Shown here: piece after piece, positions 19,115 to 27,203 of the stretch
How positions within the stretch are numbered: the stretch's first letter is position 1
How the letters are laid out: each line of letters starts with the position of its first letter
DNA from: Anaerolineales bacterium
Lineage (GTDB): Bacteria > Chloroflexota > Anaerolineae > Anaerolineales > Villigracilaceae
NCBI GenBank assembly: GCA_035498395.1
Contig: DATKAF010000297.1
Span: forward strand, 930-64,929
Reading direction: 5' to 3'
Length of the DNA stretch: 64,000 nt
Made by a program: the position numbers and the translations under genes
Notes under the pieces: generated by a model
Database searches by the model: none
What the model was told of the DNA's origin: nothing
What the model saw: the letters and a program-made list of their open reading frames with translations, nothing else

Positions 19115-20779
19115 TTATCCGATCCGTCGAACACGCCGGAAGGCGTCTATCACGGTCAGGCCGTCCTGGCTTGCGAAGGTGTGTGTGGCAAGCACCTCCG
19201 GGTCCCAGTCCGGTCTTATCTGAATGATCGGTCTTTCGCAGTATTCTGTCTCGGAGAGCGTCTCGATCTCGTTCAGGTCGATGCCGTAGCCGTACATCCT
19301 GGAGCAGTCCTGGGAGGGGCGGAAGAGCTTCCCATCCCGTTGGATGATCGCTCCGGCAGGCCTGGCCCGCTTCACATCGGATATGACCGGGTTCTGCGGG
19401 TGTGCCGTCCACTGGCCGCCCAGGAGTTGTTCCGAGTAGAAGAGGAAGAGCTCAACGTTGGGCGCTGCGGCCGGGTTCTCTGCCATCCCTGTAAAGAGCC
19501 ACCACTTGCCGGAGTGGAAAACGAGGCTCGTATCAACGGCCCGCACATCCTGCATTAGTGTCTGCTTGAACTGCCACTTGTGCGGGAACTCCACACACTC
19601 GTACAGGTCGATGCTGTGGTTGCCGCCCGTTTCGGGCACCATGTAGTACTTGCCGTCGCATTGGAAGACGGACGGGTAGGAAAGGTGGTAGCTCTTCTCC
19701 AGGATCTTGACGGGCGCTTGCCACTTCCGCATGGCATCCTGCCCGATCACCGATAAGTGCCCCTTGCCCGTGCCGTGAAGTAACTCCTCCACGAAGATGT
19801 AGTACCTGCCATCCTGCTGGACGATGTGCGGATCAGCCCAGAACCGATCTTTGGGTGGCCGCAGGACTTCGAACCCCCGAATGTCATTCGAGAGGCCCTT
19901 GTCCTGGCTGAAGAGCAGAAACCACTGGTCCAGGTAGAATACCCGCCGCCACAGCTCCTTGAGGAGCCCGCGGACGATCGTTCCAATGGCCCGCAGGGCT
20001 TTCAGCCCCGACGGTGCCTCGTAATGTCTCACGACGTGTGAGAGCTGCCAATTGAACTCCTCCGTGCTCTGCCAGAATTTCCGCTCGCCGAAGCGGTGCA
20101 GGTATTCCAATTGGCGCGGCAGGAAAGAGGCTGCGGCCCAGAAGTAGTAGCTCCGCTGGCGGGCAGGCGATAATGGATACGTGAAGAAGAAAGACCGGTA
20201 GAGCACACGGGTGTCGAACTGCTCACCGCCGGCTGCCAACAATGCCGCACCGGTCTCGGGCCTGCCTTCCACAACCTCCCAGAACCCGGCAGGCCCGCCG
20301 GTCATCCGGGTGTCGTCACCGTGGTAGTAATACCAGACGCCGTACTTTGCCAGTTGCAGGTTTTCCCATGCGAGGGATTCGAAACAGATGCTGACGACCA
20401 CATCCAGCTCGTGTTCCCGGATGGCGGATATATCGGAAGCTCTGAGGGTTAGCCCTCCTGCGCCGTGGACAGGCATAACGCCGATCTCCGGCACATTCGG
20501 TAACAGGCTCTGGATGCCCGTCGGGGCAAATGGGTCAGGTTGTCTGCCAAACAGCCGCCGATCCAGCCAGTCGAAGGTCGAGTAGATGAACGGCTGGTGC
20601 TGATCCGCCTTGCTGCCGGCGTTGAGAGCGAGGAGCACGAACTCTGCCGAGTCGCCAGTCTGGATGCGCTGTATTGCGCGGGCCGCCCAGGCAGGCACTT
20701 CAGGAGATTCGAGGAGTATGCCGAGTCGGAGTTTCTGAGGTTGCATGCGTGGTTGGGGTGCGCTCCGCCCCTTCGACAT
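19115..20779 (-). CDS. Two-domain protein: formyltransferase-N-like domain plus a C-terminal domain of unknown fold (resembles the bacterial family named glucosamine inositolphosphorylceramide transferase-like)
   Basis: The N-terminal half (LRLGILLESPEVP ... DVVVSICFE ... YYHGDDTRMTGGPAGFWEV) resembles the formyl-transferase N domain. The C-terminal half is DRFWADPHIVQQDGRYYIFVEE ... YPSVFQCDGKYYMVPE. Start uncertain (M1 at 20779 or M12 at 20746). Confidence 0.55.
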   Translation of the reverse strand: MSKGRSAPQPRMQPQKLRLGILLESPEVPAWAARAIQRIQTGDSAEFVLLALNAGSKADQHQPFIYSTFDWLDRRLFGRQPDPFAPTGIQSLLPNVPEIGVMPVHGAGGLTLRASDISAIREHELDVVVSICFESLAWENLQLAKYGVWYYYHGDDTRMTGGPAGFWEVVEGRPETGAALLAAGGEQFDTRVLYRSFFFTYPLSPARQRSYYFWAAASFLPRQLEYLHRFGERKFWQSTEEFNWQLSHVVRHYEAPSGLKALRAIGTIVRGLLKELWRRVFYLDQWFLLFSQDKGLSNDIRGFEVLRPPKDRFWADPHIVQQDGRYYIFVEELLHGTGKGHLSVIGQDAMRKWQAPVKILEKSYHLSYPSVFQCDGKYYMVPETGGNHSIDLYECVEFPHKWQFKQTLMQDVRAVDTSLVFHSGKWWLFTGMAENPAAAPNVELFLFYSEQLLGGQWTAHPQNPVISDVKRARPAGAIIQRDGKLFRPSQDCSRMYGYGIDLNEIETLSETEYCERPIIQIRPDWDPEVLATHTFASQDGLTVIDAFRRVRRIG

Positions 20780-20800
20780 CGCGGAGGTGTCGAAGGGGCG
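20766..20800 (-). promoter_or_regulatory. Perfect 13-bp inverted repeat (9-nt spacer) overlapping the first start codon of the EPS operon
   Basis: CGCCCCTTCGACA-N9-TGTCGAAGGGGCG read directly from the sequence. On the minus-strand mRNA the ATG at 20777-20779 lies at the loop/stem junction. Confidence 0.5.
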
Positions 20801-20966
20801 CTACTGGTTATGACACCTTGCCGGAGTTCGTTTCTTCGGCCATCCACTGCCCGATGCGCAGGGTGGATACAGCCGGAAACTTCGCTCCACAAGGATTTAC
20901 AAGCTAAACAATAAGACCGCTAAGATCTAGTACCGCTCACAATAAGGAATAAGGCCGAACGCTTGC

Positions 20967-21212
20967 TCAGGACTCCTGTTGCCCCAGAGAACCACTTTGC
21001 TGCACGGCGGTCAGCTCCGTCTTTTCGCGGATCCACTCGTCGATGTTTCGCTTGTTAAACCGCCAGGTCTTTCCAATCCGAAATGCGGGGAGGCCACCGG
21101 TTCTTGCCATCCTGTATATTTTTGCCTCACTGAGGCGCAGATATTTGGCCACGTTGTGGACGGTCATGATCGTCCCTGCCGGGTCACCCCAGTAGCTGCT
21201 GTCTACGTTCAT
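20967..21212 (-). CDS. Excisionase/MerR-type helix-turn-helix DNA-binding protein (81 aa)
   Basis: MTVHNVAKYLRLSEAKIYRMARTGGLPAFRIGKTWRFNKRNIDEWI is the classic excisionase-family HTH pattern. Start chosen at the ATG at 21210-21212, preceded by GGAGGA. Confidence 0.8.
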   Translation of the reverse strand: MNVDSSYWGDPAGTIMTVHNVAKYLRLSEAKIYRMARTGGLPAFRIGKTWRFNKRNIDEWIREKTELTAVQQSGSLGQQES

Positions 21213-21461
21213 CGGTTCCTCCGTGTCGGTGGTGGAGTTCTGTGGGGAGCGCATGATGAGTCCTCGTAGATCTAATGGAATAAGCGTTCGAATTACTGTT
21301 CTTCAGTCGCGGAGACTTGTCAAAGGCCTGGCTGGAGCTCTCCTCTTTCAGGCTGAGCGGCCCGCCTTCTTCTGCCGCCGGCACGCACGGCTTCGACCGC
21401 AACCGCTAAACCTGGCCCACCGAATAAGGCTTGTCTTGACAAATGAAGACTTTCACGAGCC

Positions 21462-21489
21462 TTGCACTTTTGTAATTTGCTTCTACAAT
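21462..21489 (+). promoter_or_regulatory. Sigma70-like promoter candidate (TTGCAC-N16-TACAAT) inside the AT-rich gap
   Basis: Hexamers read directly. No ORF of 60 aa or more lies downstream on the plus strand, so the target, if any, would be non-coding. Confidence 0.3.
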
Positions 21490-21512
21490 TCTATTAGACG
21501 TCGGTCACATAA

Positions 21513-21566
21513 CGGTCTCAATCCCGCTTTATCTTGTCGCAAATCCTGCTAAGTCGGTCTCAGTCC
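21513..21566. repeat. Direct repeat CGGTCTCA(A/G)TCC, two copies 42 nt apart
   Basis: Copies at 21513-21524 and 21555-21566 with one mismatch. A related GTCGGTC occurs at 21500-21506. Confidence 0.5.
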
Positions 21567-21950
21567 TAGCAAAATTGGATAGAATAAAACTAGTTTTGTG
21601 CTGGATAGTGACATTCAGTACTGCCAATATCAAAGTCGTCCTGAAAAATGCTAACAGTACCTAATATGAACGCTTTGAATGGTTCCAAGGAGTCACGGTT
21701 TGTGACCCATTTGGTCAACAACTACCAGATTTGGACATTTTCATGGCAATACCCCCATGCATGGTGGTAGCTAATCTTGATCCAAAGACTCAGTATTCGA
21801 AGATGCGCAAGAACCGGCTCAGTTGCGCAGATTTACCAATTCGCCACGGTTCGATCACAATATCCCCCCTTTGATTCGAGTTTCTGAAAGACAAGCAACA
21901 AGCACACGATCGGGGATACACAGACATCCACGAATCCCACGAATGACCTG

Positions 21951-22259
21951 CTAACCCCGAATTGTCCCTTGCCGGCAGGCGAACAGTTTTCGCAGCGAAA
22001 CGATGGCGACCGTGGTCATGCCGACGATCAACAGGTTTTCGAGAAGCCCGAACATTCCGCTGAGCAAGCCCGAGCCGCCGTCGAGGCTGTGCTCACCGCC
22101 AAGGCCTTCGTGGACGCGGCCCGCCACATCGATGGATGTTCCGAGCGACGCGGCGTTAGCCGGTTGGTTGAGGCAATAGATCAGCGCTCCAAGCGCGATG
22201 GCTGCCAGGGCAATCACGATATAGCGAAAGATGATCTTCTTCATGGTATGTATCCACAC
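21951..22259 (-). CDS. Small membrane protein, hypothetical
   Basis: N-terminal TM (IIFRYIVIALAAIALGALIY), a Gly-rich middle and a second TM (LLIVGMTTVAIVSL). It follows the upstream membrane-protein gene with a 2-nt gap. Start is either the GTG at 22259 or the ATG at 22244. Confidence 0.5.
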   Translation of the reverse strand: MWIHTMKKIIFRYIVIALAAIALGALIYCLNQPANAASLGTSIDVAGRVHEGLGGEHSLDGGSGLLSGMFGLLENLLIVGMTTVAIVSLRKLFACRQGTIRG

Positions 22260-22261
22260 AT

Positions 22262-22783
22262 CTAGAGGGCTTTGGCAGTCTTTCCAGGAACGGTACGGGA
22301 TTCACGCCCGGTTCGAATGGCAGACACGCGGCTTTGCAACGGCGTTATTACAATGCGGCGGAAGCTGTTCTTCACCCATGACCAGTGCAGCGCAAAATGC
22401 GTGGCAATCAGGAAAAGTGTGATGTTGGCCGACGTGCTGTGGATTTCACGCCACGTTCCGCCGGATAGCATCTGCACGCCGAGCGCCGGCATAACGACCC
22501 GGGAAATCACCAGGCCGCTGACGACGGTAATCGTGAACGCGACGAAGAGCAGAGCGTCCACGAGATAGTCCAGCCGCGATACGTGCATGAGATTTCGGAA
22601 GAAGCTCCGCGTGACACCGATAACCCAATCCCCGTGCAGGGCGACGTGCAGCACGAGCGTCGCTGCTGTTGCAAGAGCAAGCCATTCATGAATGGTCGAG
22701 CCGGTCAGGCGAGGTTGCAGCGCCGCCATGGCGCCTGCGAAGATGAACGCGTCGATCCAAAAACTTGTTTTCAATGATCTCAT
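22262..22783 (-). CDS. Multi-His integral membrane protein (four-helix, cytochrome-b-like; possibly DUF4405 family)
   Basis: Four TM helices with conserved-looking His residues (IHEWLA ... HVALHGDW ... REIHSTSAN ... ATHFALHW). GGAGA SD lies 6 nt upstream of the ATG. Confidence 0.6.
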   Translation of the reverse strand: MRSLKTSFWIDAFIFAGAMAALQPRLTGSTIHEWLALATAATLVLHVALHGDWVIGVTRSFFRNLMHVSRLDYLVDALLFVAFTITVVSGLVISRVVMPALGVQMLSGGTWREIHSTSANITLFLIATHFALHWSWVKNSFRRIVITPLQSRVSAIRTGRESRTVPGKTAKAL

Positions 22784-22918
22784 TGGTTTTCTCCGATCCG
22801 TCGGTTTGATAAGGCTATTCTAGAGGTGCATCGTGAACACTTCGTTACGCATTTGTGTAGTAAGTGTCTAGATCGCAGCCATTGGATGTCACGCCTCACC
22901 CGGGAGTCGCAGCCAGCC

Positions 22919-22962
22919 AAAAAAACAGCCCGTTGGACGACAGTGCATCATCCAGCGGGCTG
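22919..22962 (-). terminator. Rho-independent terminator (12-bp stem, U7 tail on the minus strand)
   Basis: CAGCCCGTTGGA / TCCAGCGGGCTG stem with one G-U pair and a 13-nt loop. Seven A on the plus strand (22919-22925) give UUUUUUU on the minus transcript. Confidence 0.7.
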
Positions 22963-22983
22963 GAAACGAGAGGGCGTTGCGGC

Positions 22984-23106
22984 TCAGGACCGGCTGGCGA
23001 CGCCCATATCGGTCAGCTCGTCAGGGTTCAGGCTCTCGACGAGTGCCCCTGTCGTGGAAAGGGCGAGTAAGAGCGGTATGCTGAGGAGTATCATTAATAC
23101 AGTCAT
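22984..23106 (-). CDS. Candidate small protein (40 aa) with a hydrophobic N-terminus
   Basis: MTVLMILLSIPLLLALSTTGALVESLNPDELTDMGVASRS. GGAGA lies 8 nt upstream of the ATG, and the terminator begins about 20 nt after the stop. Confidence 0.4.
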   Translation of the reverse strand: MTVLMILLSIPLLLALSTTGALVESLNPDELTDMGVASRS

Positions 23107-23270
23107 GTGGAAGTCTCCGTGCCGTGTTGCCCAAATTCTAGTTCGGCAGGATTTCAGCAGAATGAACGAGATGTGTAGGAACTGTGAGCTTCTGCGGTTC
23201 CAGTGCGGCTGTCTGCCCGTCTTATTCCCAGCTCCAGATTCGAGCACCCCATCTTAGATAGACCTGCCTC

Positions 23271-24323
23271 ATGACATTTCTCTGGCCTGGCTTCCTGTAC
23301 CTGCTGGCTTTGGTACCGGTCACCGTCGGTTTTTACGTGTGGATCCTCCACCGGCGCCGCCCATACGCGGTGCGGTACTCCAGCCTCAGCCTGGTGCGCA
23401 ATGCTCTGCCGCCTCACTCCGGCATCCGCAGGCACCTGCCGTTCGCACTTTTCACGGTTGCACTGGCCGGTCTGTTGATTGCGCTGGCGCGGCCCGTGAC
23501 CGTTGTAGCAGTGCCGACGGCTCAGGCGACGATCATACTGGCCATCGACGTCTCGCGTAGCATGTGCTCGACGGATATTGCGCCGACGCGCTTACAAGCG
23601 GCCGAGTCCGCTGCTACGACCTTTATCCGCCACCAGAGCGCGCATACCCAGATCGGCATCGTGGCCTTCGCGGGCTTTGCCGAACTGATCCAGCCTCCTA
23701 CGACCGACGCGGACGCCCTGCAGGCCGCCATCGAGAGCCTGCTGACCGGGCGGCGGACGGGCATTGGCAACGCCATCTTGAAATCGCTGGATTCGATCGC
23801 CGAGGTGGACAAGGCTGTCGCTCCGAGTGTGGTCGACCCGTCGGATGAGCCGCCGCCCGTTGCGAAAGGGGCCTACGCTCCCGACATCATCGTGGTCCTG
23901 ACCGACGGCGCGAGCAACACGGGAACTTCGCCACTCGACGCCGCACAGCAGGCCGCCGATCGGGGCGTCCGGGTCTACACCATTGGCTTTGGCACACCAA
24001 ACGGCAGCGAGACCGCCAGTTGCCAGACCAGCGACCCTTCCGGTATCGGCGGGTTCGGCGGCTTCGGCGGCGGGTTTGGCGGAGGAGGTCTCTTTCGAAG
24101 GGGGATCGATGAGCTGACGCTAAAGAATGTAGCCAGCCTGACGGGCGGCGCATACTACCCCGCTTCGAGCGCCGCAGAGCTGCAGCATGTTTTCCAGAAC
24201 CTGCCGACTTACCTGATCATCAAGCACGAGACGTCGGAAGTGAGCGCATTCTTTACCGCTGCGGCTGCGATACTGGCGGTTGCTGCGATTGCGCTGTCAC
24301 TTTTGTGGCATCCGCTGCTCTGA
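23271..24323 (+). CDS. VWA-domain membrane protein (BatA-like)
   Basis: N-terminal TMs, MIDAS motif ILAIDVSRSM, VVLTDGASNTG and a C-terminal TM anchor. Contains a GIGGFGGFGGGFGGGG insert. Confidence 0.85.
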   Translation: MTFLWPGFLYLLALVPVTVGFYVWILHRRRPYAVRYSSLSLVRNALPPHSGIRRHLPFALFTVALAGLLIALARPVTVVAVPTAQATIILAIDVSRSMCSTDIAPTRLQAAESAATTFIRHQSAHTQIGIVAFAGFAELIQPPTTDADALQAAIESLLTGRRTGIGNAILKSLDSIAEVDKAVAPSVVDPSDEPPPVAKGAYAPDIIVVLTDGASNTGTSPLDAAQQAADRGVRVYTIGFGTPNGSETASCQTSDPSGIGGFGGFGGGFGGGGLFRRGIDELTLKNVASLTGGAYYPASSAAELQHVFQNLPTYLIIKHETSEVSAFFTAAAAILAVAAIALSLLWHPLL

Positions 24324-24329
24324 CCCGGC

Positions 24330-27203
24330 CTATTTGTCCTTCTTCAATTGATTCTTGCGCTTCAATAGTGCTTGCGTGAGCGCTGGCTGCGATTCCGGCG
24401 TTGCAGGCGGGATCCTGCCGGGTTCTCGCGGAGCTGTGATACGCTCGGCAGTGAGCGTATCCGGCGGCAGCGGCTGCGGGCTGCTCCCCGCTGCTGGCTT
24501 CTTCCCCTGCCAGGCATCGATGCGCTGCACCCTCTCTTTTGAGCGCATGAGCGCGCTCATGCGCTCGTCTGGTAAGGCCGGAGCCTCGCCTTGCTGCGCC
24601 GGGCCGGCGATGCGTGAAACGAGCCTGTCGCGCCATCGCAGGAGGTCCGTGCGTGAGAGGGCAAGTCGCCGGCTCGCCACGTCCAGTGGCAGCAACAGGG
24701 CTGCCAGCACGATCAACCATGGTGCGACCGGGCGCGTGGCTCGCGACCCGAGAAGGGTGTGCTCGAATGACGCCGAGGGGTTGGGTGGAGCGACCTTTCC
24801 GCCGGTGATGGTCGCCAGGCGCACCAGCAGGTCGGGGTTGGGCGGTGTGTCGCCGTACTCGGGGGAATAGCTCATCGTCCATCCCTGCGTTTCGGAGAAC
24901 GACGCGCCGCCTTCATCCACGCCGGTAAACCGCATGATGTAATTGCCCTGCTGGGCAGGCTCGAACACGCCCTCATACCGGCCCGGAGCGACCTGTTGCA
25001 GTGTGATGGTCTGCGCATCGCCCGCTGGAGAGACGATGTTGGCCTTCACCTGATAACCATTGAGGAAATCCCCCACCCGCGTCAGCGCGTCCAGGGTAAT
25101 GGTCGAGGAAGCCTCGTCGTTCTTCACGCTCATGTTGAGTGCCGCGTTCTGCGTGCCACCCATCGTTGACTGCACCACCTGCGCCCAGAACGCAGGGAAG
25201 TTCTTCCAGTTCACCCAATCCCGTGCCCAGTGACCGGTGGCATCCGACGTGAACGCGACCGACCGCCCAAGACCATACTGCCAGGTTGCCAGGATGGGGT
25301 CTTTCTGATCCGATTGCAGGATCACCTGTGCCAGCGGCTTCGGGCTCGAGGCGACATATCCATACAGCTCGGGCACGCTACCGATGCCTGACAAAACCGG
25401 TGAGGGGCTTGCCAGCTTCGGATGGAAGGGCTCCTCAACGAGGTACGCTCGCATAGCCATGGTCGTCTCTTCGGTGAAGATGGACGGGATGCTCCCTGCA
25501 TCGCTGGTGAAGTGATAGCGCCCGCCCCCGATGCTTGCCAGATCCTTCAGGAAGGGCGCGGCGTCGTTGCCGATGCCTACCGTCGAGAGCGTGATGCCCT
25601 GCTCATGCAGTTGTTGCACCAGTTCCGGGATACCCGTGGGGTCTGCGCCTCCGTCGGTCAGCAGGATGACATGCTTGACCTTGGCCGGGTCGCCTGGAAG
25701 CACCCGTGCCATGGCATGCACGCCGCCCAGGATGTCCGTGCCGCCTCCGACCTGGATGCTCCCGATGGCGCGTGTGACGGCGAGGGCATCCGATAGCGGA
25801 GTCATGGGGACCACCCAGCTTGCCACGTCGTCGAAAGCGATCACGCCCACGCGGTCCGTCGGGAAGAGCATACGGACGGAACGCGCCGCGGCTTCCTTGG
25901 CAAGCTCGAGCTTGACCGCGCTGCCGCTGGTCTCGCCCATGGAGCCGGAGTGATCGATGATGAAGACAATGCCGAGCGAAGGCCTGCGCTTCTCATCCTT
26001 GATCTGCATGTCGACTGGCAATGCGGATTCCAGCGGGGTGTCGTAGTAGCCGCCCACGCCGTAGCTCGCCGGTCCTCCCACGACAACCAGCCCGCCTCCG
26101 ACATCCCGCACGTAGCTTTGCAGCGCCTCCATCTGGTTCACGCCCAACTCCGTTGCAGGGACATCCACCAGCACGATGGAATCATAGCGCGCCAGACCGG
26201 GCAGGTCCGAGGGCAGCAGTTGCGGAGGTACACGGTCCACGCGGAAGCCTGCCGCTTTCAACGCCGCCATGAGCGCGGAGTATTCTTCGGGCCGCGACTC
26301 GCTGCCTTGCGATGCGACCATCAGGATGCCGGGCGGCCCTTCGACGCGTGAGAATGCATCCAGTGTGTTGTTCTGATAGTACAGGTCCTGCCCGGGCGTG
26401 ATCTGTACGCGGTAATCAATGAAGCCCGGGTCGCCGGCCGTGAGCGGCAGGCTGAAGGTCTGCGTACCGCGTCGCAGTTCGCGTGGCTGGTCGTAGACGA
26501 CCTGGTCACCGGCGATGACCCGGATGTTGGCCTGCATCGGCGCGCTGGCTTGCACGTTCATGTTCAGATCGAACTTCTCTCCCGGTCGCAAGTGCGTAGG
26601 CGCGTCCACGCCGGTTACCATGGCGTCGGCGCCAGGCTGCGAGACGAACGGGACGGAGAAGATCTGCACACCCGAGGCCGCTGCGATCTGCGCTGCCGAC
26701 TGCGCGTTGCCGCCGGTCTCGGCGCCGTCGGAGAGGATCACCATGCGGCGCGCCGGCCCGGATGGATACAGCGCCATGCCGAGCTGGATCGCCTTCGCGA
26801 GGTCCGTCTGGGTCGTGATGGGTACGGACGTGACCGTGGAAAGCTCCCGGCCTGCCAGCATCGGGCGCTCGACGAGCGCATCGGCGCCGAACAGGATCAC
26901 CGCGGCCTGGTCGTTCGGTCCCATGCCCGCCAGCGCCTCGCGGACATATCCGATCTCGCCCGAGACAGCCTGTTGCGGCATCGAGTCGGAGACATCCACG
27001 AGGAAGACGAGGGCGAGGTCATTGCCGCCCCGAACGAGCTGCAAGCCGGCGAGCGCCAGGATCAGGCACGCCGCGATCACCAGCCGCAGCACCAGCGAGA
27101 CGAATTCGCGCCTGTGCCAGCGACCGGCCGAGGGCCAGCCCATCCACGCCAGGAGCGGGAGCAGCAACAGGAGTAGCAGGAAGAACGGCGACCCAAACCT
27201 CAT
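24330..27203 (-). CDS. Large membrane-anchored protein with two VWA domains and a GATase1-like (ThuA/DUF4159-like) domain
   Basis: MIDAS motifs VFLVDVSDSM and VFIIDHSGSM. Between them lies GILMVASQG...GGGLVVVGGPASYG. There is a C-terminal TM and an Ala/Pro-rich tail. Start at the ATG at 27201-27203, in ATGA overlap with the upstream stop. Confidence 0.85.
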   Translation of the reverse strand: MRFGSPFFLLLLLLLPLLAWMGWPSAGRWHRREFVSLVLRLVIAACLILALAGLQLVRGGNDLALVFLVDVSDSMPQQAVSGEIGYVREALAGMGPNDQAAVILFGADALVERPMLAGRELSTVTSVPITTQTDLAKAIQLGMALYPSGPARRMVILSDGAETGGNAQSAAQIAAASGVQIFSVPFVSQPGADAMVTGVDAPTHLRPGEKFDLNMNVQASAPMQANIRVIAGDQVVYDQPRELRRGTQTFSLPLTAGDPGFIDYRVQITPGQDLYYQNNTLDAFSRVEGPPGILMVASQGSESRPEEYSALMAALKAAGFRVDRVPPQLLPSDLPGLARYDSIVLVDVPATELGVNQMEALQSYVRDVGGGLVVVGGPASYGVGGYYDTPLESALPVDMQIKDEKRRPSLGIVFIIDHSGSMGETSGSAVKLELAKEAAARSVRMLFPTDRVGVIAFDDVASWVVPMTPLSDALAVTRAIGSIQVGGGTDILGGVHAMARVLPGDPAKVKHVILLTDGGADPTGIPELVQQLHEQGITLSTVGIGNDAAPFLKDLASIGGGRYHFTSDAGSIPSIFTEETTMAMRAYLVEEPFHPKLASPSPVLSGIGSVPELYGYVASSPKPLAQVILQSDQKDPILATWQYGLGRSVAFTSDATGHWARDWVNWKNFPAFWAQVVQSTMGGTQNAALNMSVKNDEASSTITLDALTRVGDFLNGYQVKANIVSPAGDAQTITLQQVAPGRYEGVFEPAQQGNYIMRFTGVDEGGASFSETQGWTMSYSPEYGDTPPNPDLLVRLATITGGKVAPPNPSASFEHTLLGSRATRPVAPWLIVLAALLLPLDVASRRLALSRTDLLRWRDRLVSRIAGPAQQGEAPALPDERMSALMRSKERVQRIDAWQGKKPAAGSSPQPLPPDTLTAERITAPREPGRIPPATPESQPALTQALLKRKNQLKKDK

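Noticed and set aside
21436-21441. Perfect TTGACA hexamer on the plus strand, and a TTGACA on the minus strand at 21318-21323 upstream of the HTH gene.
   Set aside because: Neither has an acceptable -10 hexamer 16-18 nt downstream.
20967-21950. Calling a prophage or integrative element from the excisionase-type HTH gene plus the AT-rich gap.
   Set aside because: There is no integrase, no phage structural genes and no flanking direct repeats in the window. A lone Xis/MerR-type HTH is also common as an ordinary regulator. I kept it only as a low-weight hypothesis in the findings.
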